From positions 139,630 to 203,629 of the forward strand of contig CALRNJ020000006.1 of the NCBI GenBank assembly GCA_943369475.1: a stretch of 64,000 nt of DNA, given 5' to 3'. The stretch is from Sphingomonas paucimobilis (lineage in GTDB: Bacteria > Pseudomonadota > Alphaproteobacteria > Sphingomonadales > Sphingomonadaceae). The notes below the pieces were generated by a model, which was not told where the DNA came from, did not search any database, and saw only the letters and a list, made by a program, of their open reading frames with translations. Each line of letters starts with the position of its first letter. The first letter of the stretch is position 1. The position numbers and the translations under genes were made by a program. This document shows positions 26,567-36,172 of the stretch, piece by piece.

Positions 26567-29500
26567 TCGCTGCCCTGATTTCGGCCAGCGCCCGCCACCG
26601 CGGCGGCGTGCTGTTGGCGGCGCTGATCGCGGTCGCCGTGGGCCTTTATCACCTCTTCACCCTGCCCATTGACGCCATTCCCGATGTCACGGGCGTGCAG
26701 GTGCAGGTAAATACCGCCGTACCGGGCCTTGCTGGCGAGGAGATCGAGACGCGTGTGACAGTGCCGATCGAGCGGCTGATGGGCGGCCAGCCCGGCCTGG
26801 TCGGCTTCCGCTCGCTGACCCGTTCCGGCCTGTCGCAGGTCACATTGCTGTATGAGGACGGCACCGATGTGATGCGCGCCCGCCAGGTGGTGACGGAACG
26901 ACTGGCCACCGCAATGGCGACACTGCCGGCCGGCTCGGCACCGCAACTGGCACCGATCACCACCGGGCTGGGCGAGATCCTGTATTACACGCTGGAATGG
27001 GATCATCCGCCGCACGCCGAGCCGCATCACCCCGGCCTGCAGCCCGCCAGCACCGAAGACGAGCATCTGATGGCGCTGGCCGAAACCCAGGAATATGTCG
27101 TCATCCCGATGCTGCGGCAGGTGCCGGGTGTCGCCGAGGTCAACAGCATCGGCGGGCTGGAACGGCAGTATGTGATCGAGCCTGATTTGGCCAAGCTGGC
27201 CGCCACTGGAGTGACACCAGCCGAACTCGCCGCCGCTGTTGCCGCCTATGCCGACAATGCCGGCGGCGGCGCCATTTCGCAGAGCGGTCGCCGGCTGGTG
27301 GTGCGCACCGATGCCAAAGTGACGCATCCCGAAGCCATTGGCGCGCTGCCGGTGAAATTCGCCGGCAGCGTGCGACCGCTGACCGTGGCTGATCTCGCCA
27401 CCGTACGCGTCGGCCACATGCTGCGATCGGGCGCCGCCACGGTGAATGGCAAGCAGACGGTGATGGGCACCATCATGATGCTGACCGGCCAGAACAGCCG
27501 TGAGGTGGCGCGGCGCGTGGACGAGCATCTGTCCGAAGTGCAGGCGGCGCTGCCCAAGGGCATGGTGATCAAGGTGCGTTATGACCGAGCCGACATTGTC
27601 GAGCGCACGGTCGCCACCGTGCGCAGCAATCTTTCCGAAGGCGCATTGCTGGTGGCGTTCGTGCTGATCCTGGCGCTGGGCCAGTGGCGCGCGGCGCTGA
27701 TCGTGGCGGCGGTAATTCCGGTGGCGTTCCTGATCGCCATCATTGGCATGGTGCGGCTCGATATCAGCGGCAATCTTATGAGCCTTGGCGCACTGGATTT
27801 CGGCCTGGTCGTCGACGGCGCCATCGTCGCGGTGGAAAATGCCCTGCGCCGGCTGGGGGCGGAACAGGCCCGGCTGGACCATCCTCTTACCGATACCGGT
27901 CGCCGCGCGGTGATTGCTGAAGCCATGGGGCAGGTGGCGCGGCCGGTGGCGTTTGGCGTGGCGATCATCACGCTGGTCTATGTGCCGGTGCTGGCGCTGG
28001 GCGGGGTGGAAGGCAAGCTCTTCCGGCCGATGGCGATCACGGTGATGTTGGCGCTGTCGGCAGCGCTGTTGGTGAGTGTGACGCTGGTGCCGGCACTGGC
28101 TTCATACTGGCTGAAGCCCGGCGATGGCCACGGCCCGACCCGGTTGGTGGCGGCGCTGGAAGGCGCCTATCGCCCGGTGCTGACCGCCACGCTGGCGCGG
28201 CCGCTGCTGGCGCTGGTGCCGGCGCTCTTGGCGGTGGGCGCGGCCGGGCTGCTGTTCACCTGGCTTGGCACCCAGTTCACGCCGCGGCTGGACGAAGGCT
28301 CGATCACCACCATGATCTACAAGCCGGTGGACATGAGCCTGGAGAAGAGCCTCGAGCTCGAAATCGCGCTGGAAAAATCGCTGCTCAGGAAATTCCCGCA
28401 GATCACGGCCGTGTTTTCGCGGATCGGCACCTCGGCCGTCGCCACCGATCCGATGCCGCCGAACGAGAATGATCTGTATATCAGCTACAAGCCGCTGAAC
28501 GAATGGCCAGCCGATGGTCCGCAGAGCAAGGTCGCGCTGCAGGATGCCATCGAAGCCGAAGCCCGCCGCCAGTTTGCCGATCAGAGCTTCCTGCGCGGCC
28601 AGCCCATCGAGATGCGTTTCAACGAAATGCTGGAGGGCACGCGCGCTGATCTGTCGGTGAAGATTTTCGGCGACGACAATGACCGGCTGGAACAATTGGG
28701 CGGGCAGGTGCTGAACGTGATGAAACGTCTCCCCGGCACGGCACAGGCCGAATATGAAGTGGATGGCCGCACTCCCAGCCTGGTGGTGCGGGTCGATCAT
28801 GACGCGTTGGTGCGCTTGGGGCTGGGGGCGGACGAGGTGAACCGTGCCATCAGCACCGCGCTGGCGGGGCAGGAGGTGGGAGCCATATTGGAAGGCATCC
28901 GCCGCCACGGCATCGTCGTGCGCCTGCCCGATTCTAGCCGCGCCCATCTCGATACCATCCGGGCGCTCCCGCTCAGGGTCGGGCAAGCCGGGTTGGTGCC
29001 GCTGGGACGGGTGGCAAGGCTTGAGGAAGTGCTGGCGGTGGAGCCGGTGCGCCGGGACAATGGCCAGAAGCGTGCCGCCTTGCTGGTCAATCTGTCGGGC
29101 AGCGATATCGAAGGTTATGTGGCACGAGCCAAAGTGGAAATGGCGAAGGCGGTAACGCTGCCAGAAGGTTATCGCATCGAATATGGCGGCCAGTTCAAGC
29201 AGTTGCAGGAAGCCAAGGCGCGGCTGGCGGTGCTGGTGCCGGCGTGTCTGCTGCTGATCCTCGTGCTGGTCTATGGCGCGCTGGGCTCCGTCTCCCAGGC
29301 GCTGATCGTGTTTGCCGGCATACCGCTGGCGGTGACGGGCGGCGTGTTCGCGCTGGCCGTGCGGGCCATGCCCTTTTCGATCACGGCGGCGATCGGTTTC
29401 ATCGCGCTGTCGGGCATCGCGATGTTGAATGGCCTGGTGATGGTTGATCACATCAACCATCTGCGCGGGGAGGGGTTGGCCAAGGACGACGCGGTGCGTG

Positions 29501-29703
29501 TGGGCGCCATTGACCGGCTGCGGCCAGTGATTTCCACTGCGCTGGTCGCCAGCATCGGGTTCCTGCCGATGGCGATCGCGACCGGCGCCGGGGCGGAGGT
29601 GCAGCGACCGCTCGCCACCGTGGTGATCGGCGGCATCATCTCATCAACCCTGCTGACGCTGCTGCTACTACCGGCCCTGTATCGGCGCTTTGTGAAGGGC
29701 TGA
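26563..29703 (+). CDS. CzcA/CusA-family heavy-metal RND efflux pump
   Basis: LPIDAIPDVTGVQVQV, LAPITTGLGEI, NLMSLGALDFGLVVDGAIVAVEN, GAEVQRPLATVVIGG. The DFG/DGA/EN pattern is CzcA-like. Confidence 0.93.
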   Translation: MIAALISASARHRGGVLLAALIAVAVGLYHLFTLPIDAIPDVTGVQVQVNTAVPGLAGEEIETRVTVPIERLMGGQPGLVGFRSLTRSGLSQVTLLYEDGTDVMRARQVVTERLATAMATLPAGSAPQLAPITTGLGEILYYTLEWDHPPHAEPHHPGLQPASTEDEHLMALAETQEYVVIPMLRQVPGVAEVNSIGGLERQYVIEPDLAKLAATGVTPAELAAAVAAYADNAGGGAISQSGRRLVVRTDAKVTHPEAIGALPVKFAGSVRPLTVADLATVRVGHMLRSGAATVNGKQTVMGTIMMLTGQNSREVARRVDEHLSEVQAALPKGMVIKVRYDRADIVERTVATVRSNLSEGALLVAFVLILALGQWRAALIVAAVIPVAFLIAIIGMVRLDISGNLMSLGALDFGLVVDGAIVAVENALRRLGAEQARLDHPLTDTGRRAVIAEAMGQVARPVAFGVAIITLVYVPVLALGGVEGKLFRPMAITVMLALSAALLVSVTLVPALASYWLKPGDGHGPTRLVAALEGAYRPVLTATLARPLLALVPALLAVGAAGLLFTWLGTQFTPRLDEGSITTMIYKPVDMSLEKSLELEIALEKSLLRKFPQITAVFSRIGTSAVATDPMPPNENDLYISYKPLNEWPADGPQSKVALQDAIEAEARRQFADQSFLRGQPIEMRFNEMLEGTRADLSVKIFGDDNDRLEQLGGQVLNVMKRLPGTAQAEYEVDGRTPSLVVRVDHDALVRLGLGADEVNRAISTALAGQEVGAILEGIRRHGIVVRLPDSSRAHLDTIRALPLRVGQAGLVPLGRVARLEEVLAVEPVRRDNGQKRAALLVNLSGSDIEGYVARAKVEMAKAVTLPEGYRIEYGGQFKQLQEAKARLAVLVPACLLLILVLVYGALGSVSQALIVFAGIPLAVTGGVFALAVRAMPFSITAAIGFIALSGIAMLNGLVMVDHINHLRGEGLAKDDAVRVGAIDRLRPVISTALVASIGFLPMAIATGAGAEVQRPLATVVIGGIISSTLLTLLLLPALYRRFVKG

Positions 29704-29706
29704 CCC

Positions 29707-29735
29707 TTGAGGAATCACCTCGGTCGGCCTACATG
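29707..29735 (+). promoter_or_regulatory. Putative ssrA promoter
   Basis: TTGAGG-N17-TACATG immediately upstream of the tmRNA acceptor piece. Confidence 0.5.
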
Positions 29736-29741
29736 AGTCGT

Positions 29742-30085
29742 GCCGGCTTGCCGGATATGGCGATAAATGATGCCGTGAAATAGACGCAGCGGACCCGGGG
29801 GCAGTACCCGGCGGCTCCACCATTCTCCAACCCGTTGTCGGGGTGAATTATGGGGCCGAACCAGAATCGACGTGTGTTCAAAGACGATGTTTTTGCCCGG
29901 CCTGAATGAGCCGTAAAACCGTTCAAAACACCATAAATGCCAACGACAACGAGGCATTCGCAATCGCAGCGTAACCCGGTCCTCACGGACTGAGTTTCAC
30001 TGGCCGAAAGCGCGGTTCGGGCCACACCGGGCAACAGAAGTGGATTCCAGCGGCCCGAGGGGGGCCGGGCAACAGAAACCCCCTC
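29742..30085 (+). ncRNA. ssrA: tmRNA, circularly permuted two-piece type
   Basis: Acceptor piece ends GGACCCGGGGGCAGTACCCGGCGGCTCCACCA (29822). A 29-nt intervening segment follows, then the coding piece begins GGGGCCGAA (29852). Tag frame 29939-29974 encodes ANDNEAFAIAA*. Outer ends are approximate. Confidence 0.93.
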
Positions 30086-30614
30086 ACTTCTCCCCTCGCG
30101 TTATCGCCTCGTCCAGGCGCGCCACCGGCAAACCCCATTTGCGCACGATCATCACATTGTGCAGCACCTGGCTACCGGGCTGCAGCGCCAGCCATTGATC
30201 TGCGCGCAGGCCCCCCTTCATGGTGAAGCGCAAATGCAGGCGATTGCCCTCGATTCGGCCGGTGACTGGCCCGGCAGCATCGCTAAGGCTGCCGGCAATC
30301 ACGTCGGTGCCATATCGGCGCAGCTGCCATTGCCGCTGCGTTGTCGGTTGGCCGGCCAACGCCACCGTCTGATCGAGGATAAGGCTGCCATTACTGCCCA
30401 AACGCCCTGTGCTGACCACCGATATGGCGCGCGGCCGGCGCAAGGCGATTTTCAGCGTGCCTTCCCCCCAACTCTGCCCGGTAAAGAAGGCCAGCGCGTC
30501 AAGTGCTGGCGCGTCGGCGGGTGCCGGCGGCAATCGCCGCGCCGAAACACAGCCTGACAGGCCGGCAAGCAGCACCAAAACCGTGGTCGCTCGCCCCGTG
30601 TTCCTCCGTTGCAT
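30084..30614 (-). CDS. Putative lipoprotein, DUF3833-like
   Basis: Lipobox LSGC, FFTGQSWGEG, QWQLRR, GSLSDAAGPV, QWLALQPGSQVLHN...KWGLPVARLDE. Confidence 0.65.
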   Translation of the reverse strand: MQRRNTGRATTVLVLLAGLSGCVSARRLPPAPADAPALDALAFFTGQSWGEGTLKIALRRPRAISVVSTGRLGSNGSLILDQTVALAGQPTTQRQWQLRRYGTDVIAGSLSDAAGPVTGRIEGNRLHLRFTMKGGLRADQWLALQPGSQVLHNVMIVRKWGLPVARLDEAITRGEK

Positions 30615-30796
30615 CGTCTATCCACCTCCAAACGCTGCGGCACGCCAGCGAAGATACGCGCAGTCCGGCTGCGGCGATATCATCCGTCATTGCGGCGGGC
30701 ATATCGCTTGACCTTGGCCCCCCTTGACCTAGACAACGCCTCGCGCCAATCGGAGGCGACACTTCACCCGCATTTTTCAGGCAAGGCTCAGCTCTC

Positions 30797-31288
30797 GTGA
30801 ACGACACCACGCCCGACAGCCTGATCCCCTATGACGATATCGTCCAGGATGCGTTGCGCGGTGTGGTCAGCCGCGTGTTGCAGCGCATTTCGGATGAAGG
30901 CGGTCTGCCCGGCGGCCATCATTTCTACATCGCGTTTCGCACCCGGGCGCCCGGCGTTTCGATTCCGAAACATCTGATGGAGCGTTATCCGGATGAGATG
31001 ACCATCGTCATCCAACACCGTTACTGGGATCTGGTGGTGGCCGATGATCATTTCTCTATCGGCCTTTCGTTCAACCAGATGCCGTCCAGCCTGGTGATTC
31101 CCTATGATGCCATTGTTGGTTTTGTGGATCCGGCGGTGAATTTCGCGCTGCAGTTTGCGCCCAAGGATGGCGAAGGCCCATCGCCTGACGATTCGCCCGA
31201 CGGGCCGGAGCCGCCGCCGGAAACGCCGCCTGAACCGCAGGATGAAGGCAGCAACGTCGTCACGCTCGATCGGTTTCGTCGCAAGTGA
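30797..31288 (+). CDS. sspB: ClpXP adaptor SspB (alphaproteobacterial type)
   Basis: IPYDDIVQDALRGVV, HHFYIAFRT, YPDEMTIVIQH, FVDPAVNFALQF, C-terminal NVVTLDRFRRK ClpX-binding tail. Confidence 0.9.
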   Translation: MNDTTPDSLIPYDDIVQDALRGVVSRVLQRISDEGGLPGGHHFYIAFRTRAPGVSIPKHLMERYPDEMTIVIQHRYWDLVVADDHFSIGLSFNQMPSSLVIPYDAIVGFVDPAVNFALQFAPKDGEGPSPDDSPDGPEPPPETPPEPQDEGSNVVTLDRFRRK

Positions 31289-31947
31289 CGCAGTTTGCCC
31301 GCACCGGTGCACTGGCGCACAGCCCCTTGCGCCGCGGCCTGATGTTTGTGCTGTCCTCCCCTTCCGGAGCCGGCAAAACCACCCTGTCTCGCGCGCTAAT
31401 GGCCGAAGACAGCGGCATCACCATGAGCGTTTCGGCTACCACCCGCAGCCCACGCCCCGGCGAAGTGGACGGCGTCGATTATTATTTCGTGTCGCACGAT
31501 CAGTTCCAATCGATGGTGGCGGAAAACGCCCTGCTGGAATGGGCGACCGTGTTCGGCAACCGTTATGGTACGCCGCGTGCGCCGGTTGAGTCGGCGCTGG
31601 CCGATGGCCGCGATGTGCTGTTCGATATCGACTGGCAGGGCACGCAGCAGTTGCAGCAGACTGATGCGGCATCCGATCTGGTGCGCGTGTTCATCCTGCC
31701 ACCGCACCTGGATGAGCTGGAACGCCGGCTGAAGAACCGCAACACCGATCACCCGGAAGTGATTGCTGATCGCATGGCCCGCGCCCGCGACGAGATCAGT
31801 CACTGGGGCGAGTATGATTATATCCTCGTCAACGATGATGCCGAAACCTGTCTGAACGAAATCCGCGCCATCCTGAAGGCCGAACGGCTGCGCCGCAAAC
31901 GCCAGCTGGGCCTGGCTGGTTTCGTGCGCGGCATGCTGGGCGAATGA
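31285..31947 (+). CDS. gmk: Guanylate kinase
   Basis: VLSSPSGAGKTT, SVSATTRSPRPGEVDGVDYYF, DIDWQG, EYDYILVND. Confidence 0.96.
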   Translation: MTQFARTGALAHSPLRRGLMFVLSSPSGAGKTTLSRALMAEDSGITMSVSATTRSPRPGEVDGVDYYFVSHDQFQSMVAENALLEWATVFGNRYGTPRAPVESALADGRDVLFDIDWQGTQQLQQTDAASDLVRVFILPPHLDELERRLKNRNTDHPEVIADRMARARDEISHWGEYDYILVNDDAETCLNEIRAILKAERLRRKRQLGLAGFVRGMLGE

Positions 31948-32579
31948 TGATACGTGCGCTGGCCCTGCTGGCGCTGCTGGTACTGGCCGGCTGCAGCGGC
32001 AAGGACGACGAGTTGCGCCCCTATGCCGCCGTGCGCCGCACCGATGTGTGGCAGGCGGTGATCAAGGATCAGGATCGTGGCCGGCTGGCTCGTCTTTCGG
32101 AAGCCTGGGATCAGGCCCGCGCCGATTTGGACGAAGCCGGGTCCGCTGCCGATCTGGCCACGCTGGGCCCGGTGGCCGGCGATGCCATCACCACCAGTCC
32201 GGCCTTTCCAACGGCAGGCACACACCAATGCCGCACCATCCAGCTTGGCTGGCGGCAGGGCAGCCCGCGCGTCAGCCCGGCGGTGCAAGCCAGTGCCTGG
32301 GCGCCATGCCGGCTCAGCACCGATGGCATCGTGCTGCGCTTTGAAACGGTGCTCGGGCCGCAGCAATATCTGGGCACGCTTTATCCCGATGTTGATCGGC
32401 TGGTGTTCCTGGGCACTCTGCGGCTGGCCGGCGAGATGGGCCGACTCCGCTATGGTGAGGATGGCCAGCGCGATCAACTTGGCGTGCTGCAGGCGATCGG
32501 ACCCGGCCACTGGCGCATTGCGCTGCCGTGGCCGCGCTGGACGGCACGGATGGTGCTGATCGAACTGCGCGCCGCCTGA
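31944..32579 (+). CDS. Putative lipoprotein, DUF4893-like
   Basis: Lipobox LAGC, DRGRLARL, CRTIQLG, C-terminal GALRLAGE...RYG...RDQLG...IGPGHWRIALPWP. Confidence 0.6.
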   Translation: MMIRALALLALLVLAGCSGKDDELRPYAAVRRTDVWQAVIKDQDRGRLARLSEAWDQARADLDEAGSAADLATLGPVAGDAITTSPAFPTAGTHQCRTIQLGWRQGSPRVSPAVQASAWAPCRLSTDGIVLRFETVLGPQQYLGTLYPDVDRLVFLGTLRLAGEMGRLRYGEDGQRDQLGVLQAIGPGHWRIALPWPRWTARMVLIELRAA

Positions 32580-32581
32580 TT

Positions 32582-33361
32582 GTGCCGGCTGGCATTGCCG
32601 AATTGCTCAGCGCTCAGGGCTGGGCCTTCTGGGTCGCAGCGCTGGTTGGCGTGGCCATCCTGGGCCTGGCAAAGGGCGGCTTTGCCGGGCTGGGCGTGCT
32701 GGGTGTGCCGATCATGGCGCTCGGCATGAGCCCGGTTCTTGCCGCCGCTATCCTGCTGCCGATCTTGCTGGTTCAGGACGTGTTTTCAGTCAGGGCCTTT
32801 GGTGCCCACCGTGACAATGCCATCCTGAAAATCATGGTGCCGGGCGCTTGCCTTGGCATCTTCGTCGGCTGGGCGCTGGCGCGATATGTGTCGGTATCGG
32901 TGGTGGAGGCCGCGGTGGGTCTGATTGCCATCGTGTTTGCCATTCAGCGTATCCGCGCCGAACATCGCGGGGTGCCGGCGCGGCTGGGGAGTGCATGGGA
33001 AGGCGTGGCGATGGGCGCAGCGGCAGGCTTCACTAGCCAGATCGCCCATGCCGGCGGGCCGCCGTTCCAGATGCATGTATTGCCGCGCAAGCTGCCGCGC
33101 GACATGTTCATCGGCACCAGCAGCGTGTTCTTTGCCTTGATCAACTGGCTGAAAGTGCCGGCCTACTATGCATTGGGCGCCTTTACGCCGGCCAATCTGT
33201 GGCTGGCCGCGGCGCTGATGCCGGCCGCGCTGGCGTCCACCTGGGCCGGCACCGTGCTGGTGCGGCGTATTGATGGCCCGCGTTTCTATGCCATCATGCA
33301 TGCGCTGATGATCCTGGTGGGCGGCAAGCTGGCTTATGACGGCCTTTCCGCCCTGATGTGA
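32582..33361 (+). CDS. TauE/SafE-family (TSUP) membrane protein
   Basis: GLAKGGFAG, PILLVQD, TSQIAHAGGPP, INWLKVPAY and about 8 TM segments. Start codon uncertain. Confidence 0.82.
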   Translation: MPAGIAELLSAQGWAFWVAALVGVAILGLAKGGFAGLGVLGVPIMALGMSPVLAAAILLPILLVQDVFSVRAFGAHRDNAILKIMVPGACLGIFVGWALARYVSVSVVEAAVGLIAIVFAIQRIRAEHRGVPARLGSAWEGVAMGAAAGFTSQIAHAGGPPFQMHVLPRKLPRDMFIGTSSVFFALINWLKVPAYYALGAFTPANLWLAAALMPAALASTWAGTVLVRRIDGPRFYAIMHALMILVGGKLAYDGLSALM

Positions 33362-33369
33362 AGGGGACG

Positions 33370-34647
33370 ATGATGAAGACCATACTGCTGGCGGCCGCCG
33401 CCCTGCTTTCCGCGCCCGCGCTGGCCGCGTCGGTGGATCTGGTCACGCTCTACAAGGATCTGCACACTCATCCCGAGCTCAGTTTTCAGGAAGTGCGATC
33501 GGCTGGCATCATCGCCGCCGAAGCGCGCGCGGCGGGCTTCGAGGTGACCGAAAAGGTTGGCCGCACCGGCGTTGTCGCCGTGCTGAAGAACGGCAAGGGC
33601 CCCACCGTGCTGATCCGCGCTGATATGGACGGGCTGCCGGTGAAGGAGACCACCGGCCTGCCTTATGCCAGCACGGCGATGGGCAATTATGGCAGCGGGC
33701 CGATGACGCCGGTGATGCATGCCTGCGGCCACGATATCCACATGAGTGTGTGGGTGGGCACGGCGCGCTGGCTGGCAGAAAACCGCCAAGCGTGGCGCGG
33801 CACGGTGGTGATGATCGGCCAACCAGCGGAGGAGGGTCTGGGCGGCGCGCAGGCAATGCTCGACGATGGCCTGCTCACCCGCTTTCCCAAGCCCGATTAT
33901 GCGCTGGCCCTGCATGATGACAGCCGCATTCCGGCCGGCACCGTCAGCGTACCGCCGTTCCGCGCCCTGTCGATCTCCACGTCGATGGACATGTTGGTGA
34001 AGGGCATCGGCGGACATGGCGCCTATCCGGCTACCACGAAGGACCCGGTGGCGCTGGCGGCGCGCATCGTCACCGCGCTGCAGCCGCTGATCAGCCGGGA
34101 GAATGATCCCTTCCAGCCGGCTGTGATCACAGTGGGCAGCATCCATGGCGGCACCAAGCACAATATCATCCCGGATGAAGTGGCGCTGCAGCTCACCATC
34201 CGCAGCTATAACGCGGCGCAGCAGCAGCGCTTGCTCGACGGCATCGCCCGCGTGGCGAAGGGCGAGGCCATCGCCGCCGGCCTGCCCGAAAAACTCATGC
34301 CGGTGATCCGCAGCACGGCCATTGGCGTGCCGACCCTGAACGACGCCCCGCTGGCCGCCCGCATCAAGGCGCAGTTTGAAGCGAAGCTGGGCAAGGCGCG
34401 GGTGATCGATCTCGATCCGTCGATGGCGTCAGAGGATTTCCAGCTTTTCGGGCTGGCAGCCAAAGTGCCGTCGGTGATTTACTGGTTGGGCGGGGTGGGC
34501 CAAGCGCAATGGGATGCGGCGCAGAAGGGCGGGTCCCCGGTTCCCAGCCTGCACAATGGTGGCTGGGCGCCCGATGCTGGACCAACGATTGCGACCGGCG
34601 TGGAAAGCATGACGGCGGCGGCCGTGATGCTGATGCCGGCAAAATAG
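33370..34647 (+). CDS. M20D-family amidohydrolase with signal peptide
   Basis: LHTHPELSFQE, LIRADMDGLP, MHACGHD, QPAEEG, GGHGAYP, SEDF motifs. Confidence 0.88.
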   Translation: MMKTILLAAAALLSAPALAASVDLVTLYKDLHTHPELSFQEVRSAGIIAAEARAAGFEVTEKVGRTGVVAVLKNGKGPTVLIRADMDGLPVKETTGLPYASTAMGNYGSGPMTPVMHACGHDIHMSVWVGTARWLAENRQAWRGTVVMIGQPAEEGLGGAQAMLDDGLLTRFPKPDYALALHDDSRIPAGTVSVPPFRALSISTSMDMLVKGIGGHGAYPATTKDPVALAARIVTALQPLISRENDPFQPAVITVGSIHGGTKHNIIPDEVALQLTIRSYNAAQQQRLLDGIARVAKGEAIAAGLPEKLMPVIRSTAIGVPTLNDAPLAARIKAQFEAKLGKARVIDLDPSMASEDFQLFGLAAKVPSVIYWLGGVGQAQWDAAQKGGSPVPSLHNGGWAPDAGPTIATGVESMTAAAVMLMPAK

Positions 34648-34729
34648 CCTTATCAAAAGCGCCAAGCGCCGAATCGCCCCACCGGCGTGCTACAAGCGTT
34701 CCCAACCACACAGCTGGGGAGGCTGAGCC

Positions 34730-36166
34730 ATGCGTGACTACACCAAATTCTACATCGACGGTCATTGGGTTGATCCGGCCGTTGCCAACCCCCTCGACGT
34801 GATCAATCCGGCCACCGAAGAAGTGGCCGGCCGCATCAATCTGGGCAGTGCGGCTGATGTGGATCGCGCTGTCGCCGCCGCCAAAAAAGCCTTTGCCAGC
34901 TTCAGCCGCACCAGCGTTGCGGAGCGCATCGAATTGATGGGCGCCATCGCGGCTGAATATCAGAAGCGCTACAACGACATCGCCGCAGCCATCACCGAGG
35001 AAATGGGCGCCCCGACCTGGCTGTCAAATCAGGCCCAGGCCGCGTTGGGTATCGGCCACATCGCCACCGCCATCGAGGTGCTGAAGAATTACAAATTTGA
35101 TGAGCTGAAGGGCACCACGCTCATCACGAAAGAGCCGATTGGCGTCTGCGCTTTCATCACGCCGTGGAACTGGCCGATCAACCAGATCGCCTGCAAGGTG
35201 GCACCTGCGTTGGCGGTAGGCTGCACTATGGTGCTGAAGCCGTCGGAAATCGCGCCCTTCTCGGCCTATATCTGGACGGAAATCCTGCACGCAGCCGGTG
35301 TGCCGGCCGGCGTTTTCAACCTCGTCAACGGCGATGGCCCCGGCGTCGGTGTGGCGCTGTCGAGCCACAAGGATGTGGACATGGTCAGCTTCACTGGCTC
35401 GACCCGCGCCGGCATTGCGGTGGCCAAGAACGCGGCCGACACGGTAAAGCGGGTGGCGCAGGAACTGGGCGGCAAATCGCCCAACATCGTGCTGCCTGAT
35501 GCCGATCTGGTCAAAGCCGTCACCGGCGGTGTGCAAAGCGTGATGATGAATTCGGGCCAAAGCTGCAACGCGCCGACCCGCATGCTGGTGCCGCGTGCCA
35601 AGATGGCTGAAGCCGCCGCCATCGCGAAGCAGGTCGCCGAAGCCACCACCGTGGGTGACCCGAACGGCAATGCCGCCATGGGCCCAGTGGTGAGCGAGAC
35701 CCAGTTCAACAAGATCCAGGGCCTGATCGAACAGGGTATCAGGGACGGCGCTACGCTGGTTGCCGGCGGGCCCGGCAAGCCGGAAGGCCTCGACAAGGGC
35801 TATTATGTGAAGCCGACGATCTTTGCCGATGTCACCAACGACATGACGATTGCGCGCGAGGAAATCTTCGGGCCGGTGCTGGCAATGATGCCCTATGACA
35901 GCGAGGAACAGGCGATCGCCATCGGCAATGACACCGTCTATGGCCTTGCTGCCTATGTGCAGGGTGAGCCGGAACACGCGAAGAAGGTGGCGCGTGAGCT
36001 TCGCGCCGGGCAGGTGAACGTGAACCAGGCGGGCTTCGATCTGATGGCGCCGTTCGGTGGCTACAAGCAATCGGGTAATGGCCGCGAGTGGGGCGATCAT
36101 GGCTTTGCCGATTTCCTTGAAACCAAGGCCATCATCGGCTGGGGCGAAGCTGCGGCAGCCGAGTGA
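34730..36166 (+). CDS. Aldehyde dehydrogenase family protein
   Basis: ITPWNWP, KPSE, SFTGST, ELGGKSP, catalytic GQSCNAP, EEIFGPV, PFGGYKQSGNGRE. Confidence 0.95.
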   Translation: MRDYTKFYIDGHWVDPAVANPLDVINPATEEVAGRINLGSAADVDRAVAAAKKAFASFSRTSVAERIELMGAIAAEYQKRYNDIAAAITEEMGAPTWLSNQAQAALGIGHIATAIEVLKNYKFDELKGTTLITKEPIGVCAFITPWNWPINQIACKVAPALAVGCTMVLKPSEIAPFSAYIWTEILHAAGVPAGVFNLVNGDGPGVGVALSSHKDVDMVSFTGSTRAGIAVAKNAADTVKRVAQELGGKSPNIVLPDADLVKAVTGGVQSVMMNSGQSCNAPTRMLVPRAKMAEAAAIAKQVAEATTVGDPNGNAAMGPVVSETQFNKIQGLIEQGIRDGATLVAGGPGKPEGLDKGYYVKPTIFADVTNDMTIAREEIFGPVLAMMPYDSEEQAIAIGNDTVYGLAAYVQGEPEHAKKVARELRAGQVNVNQAGFDLMAPFGGYKQSGNGREWGDHGFADFLETKAIIGWGEAAAAE

Positions 36167-36172
36167 TCCGAA

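Noticed and set aside
29790-29822. tRNA-like 3' end that could be called a tRNA or an att site
   Set aside because: It is the acceptor piece of the permuted tmRNA, followed by GGGGCC and the tag frame. No second copy was seen in the window.
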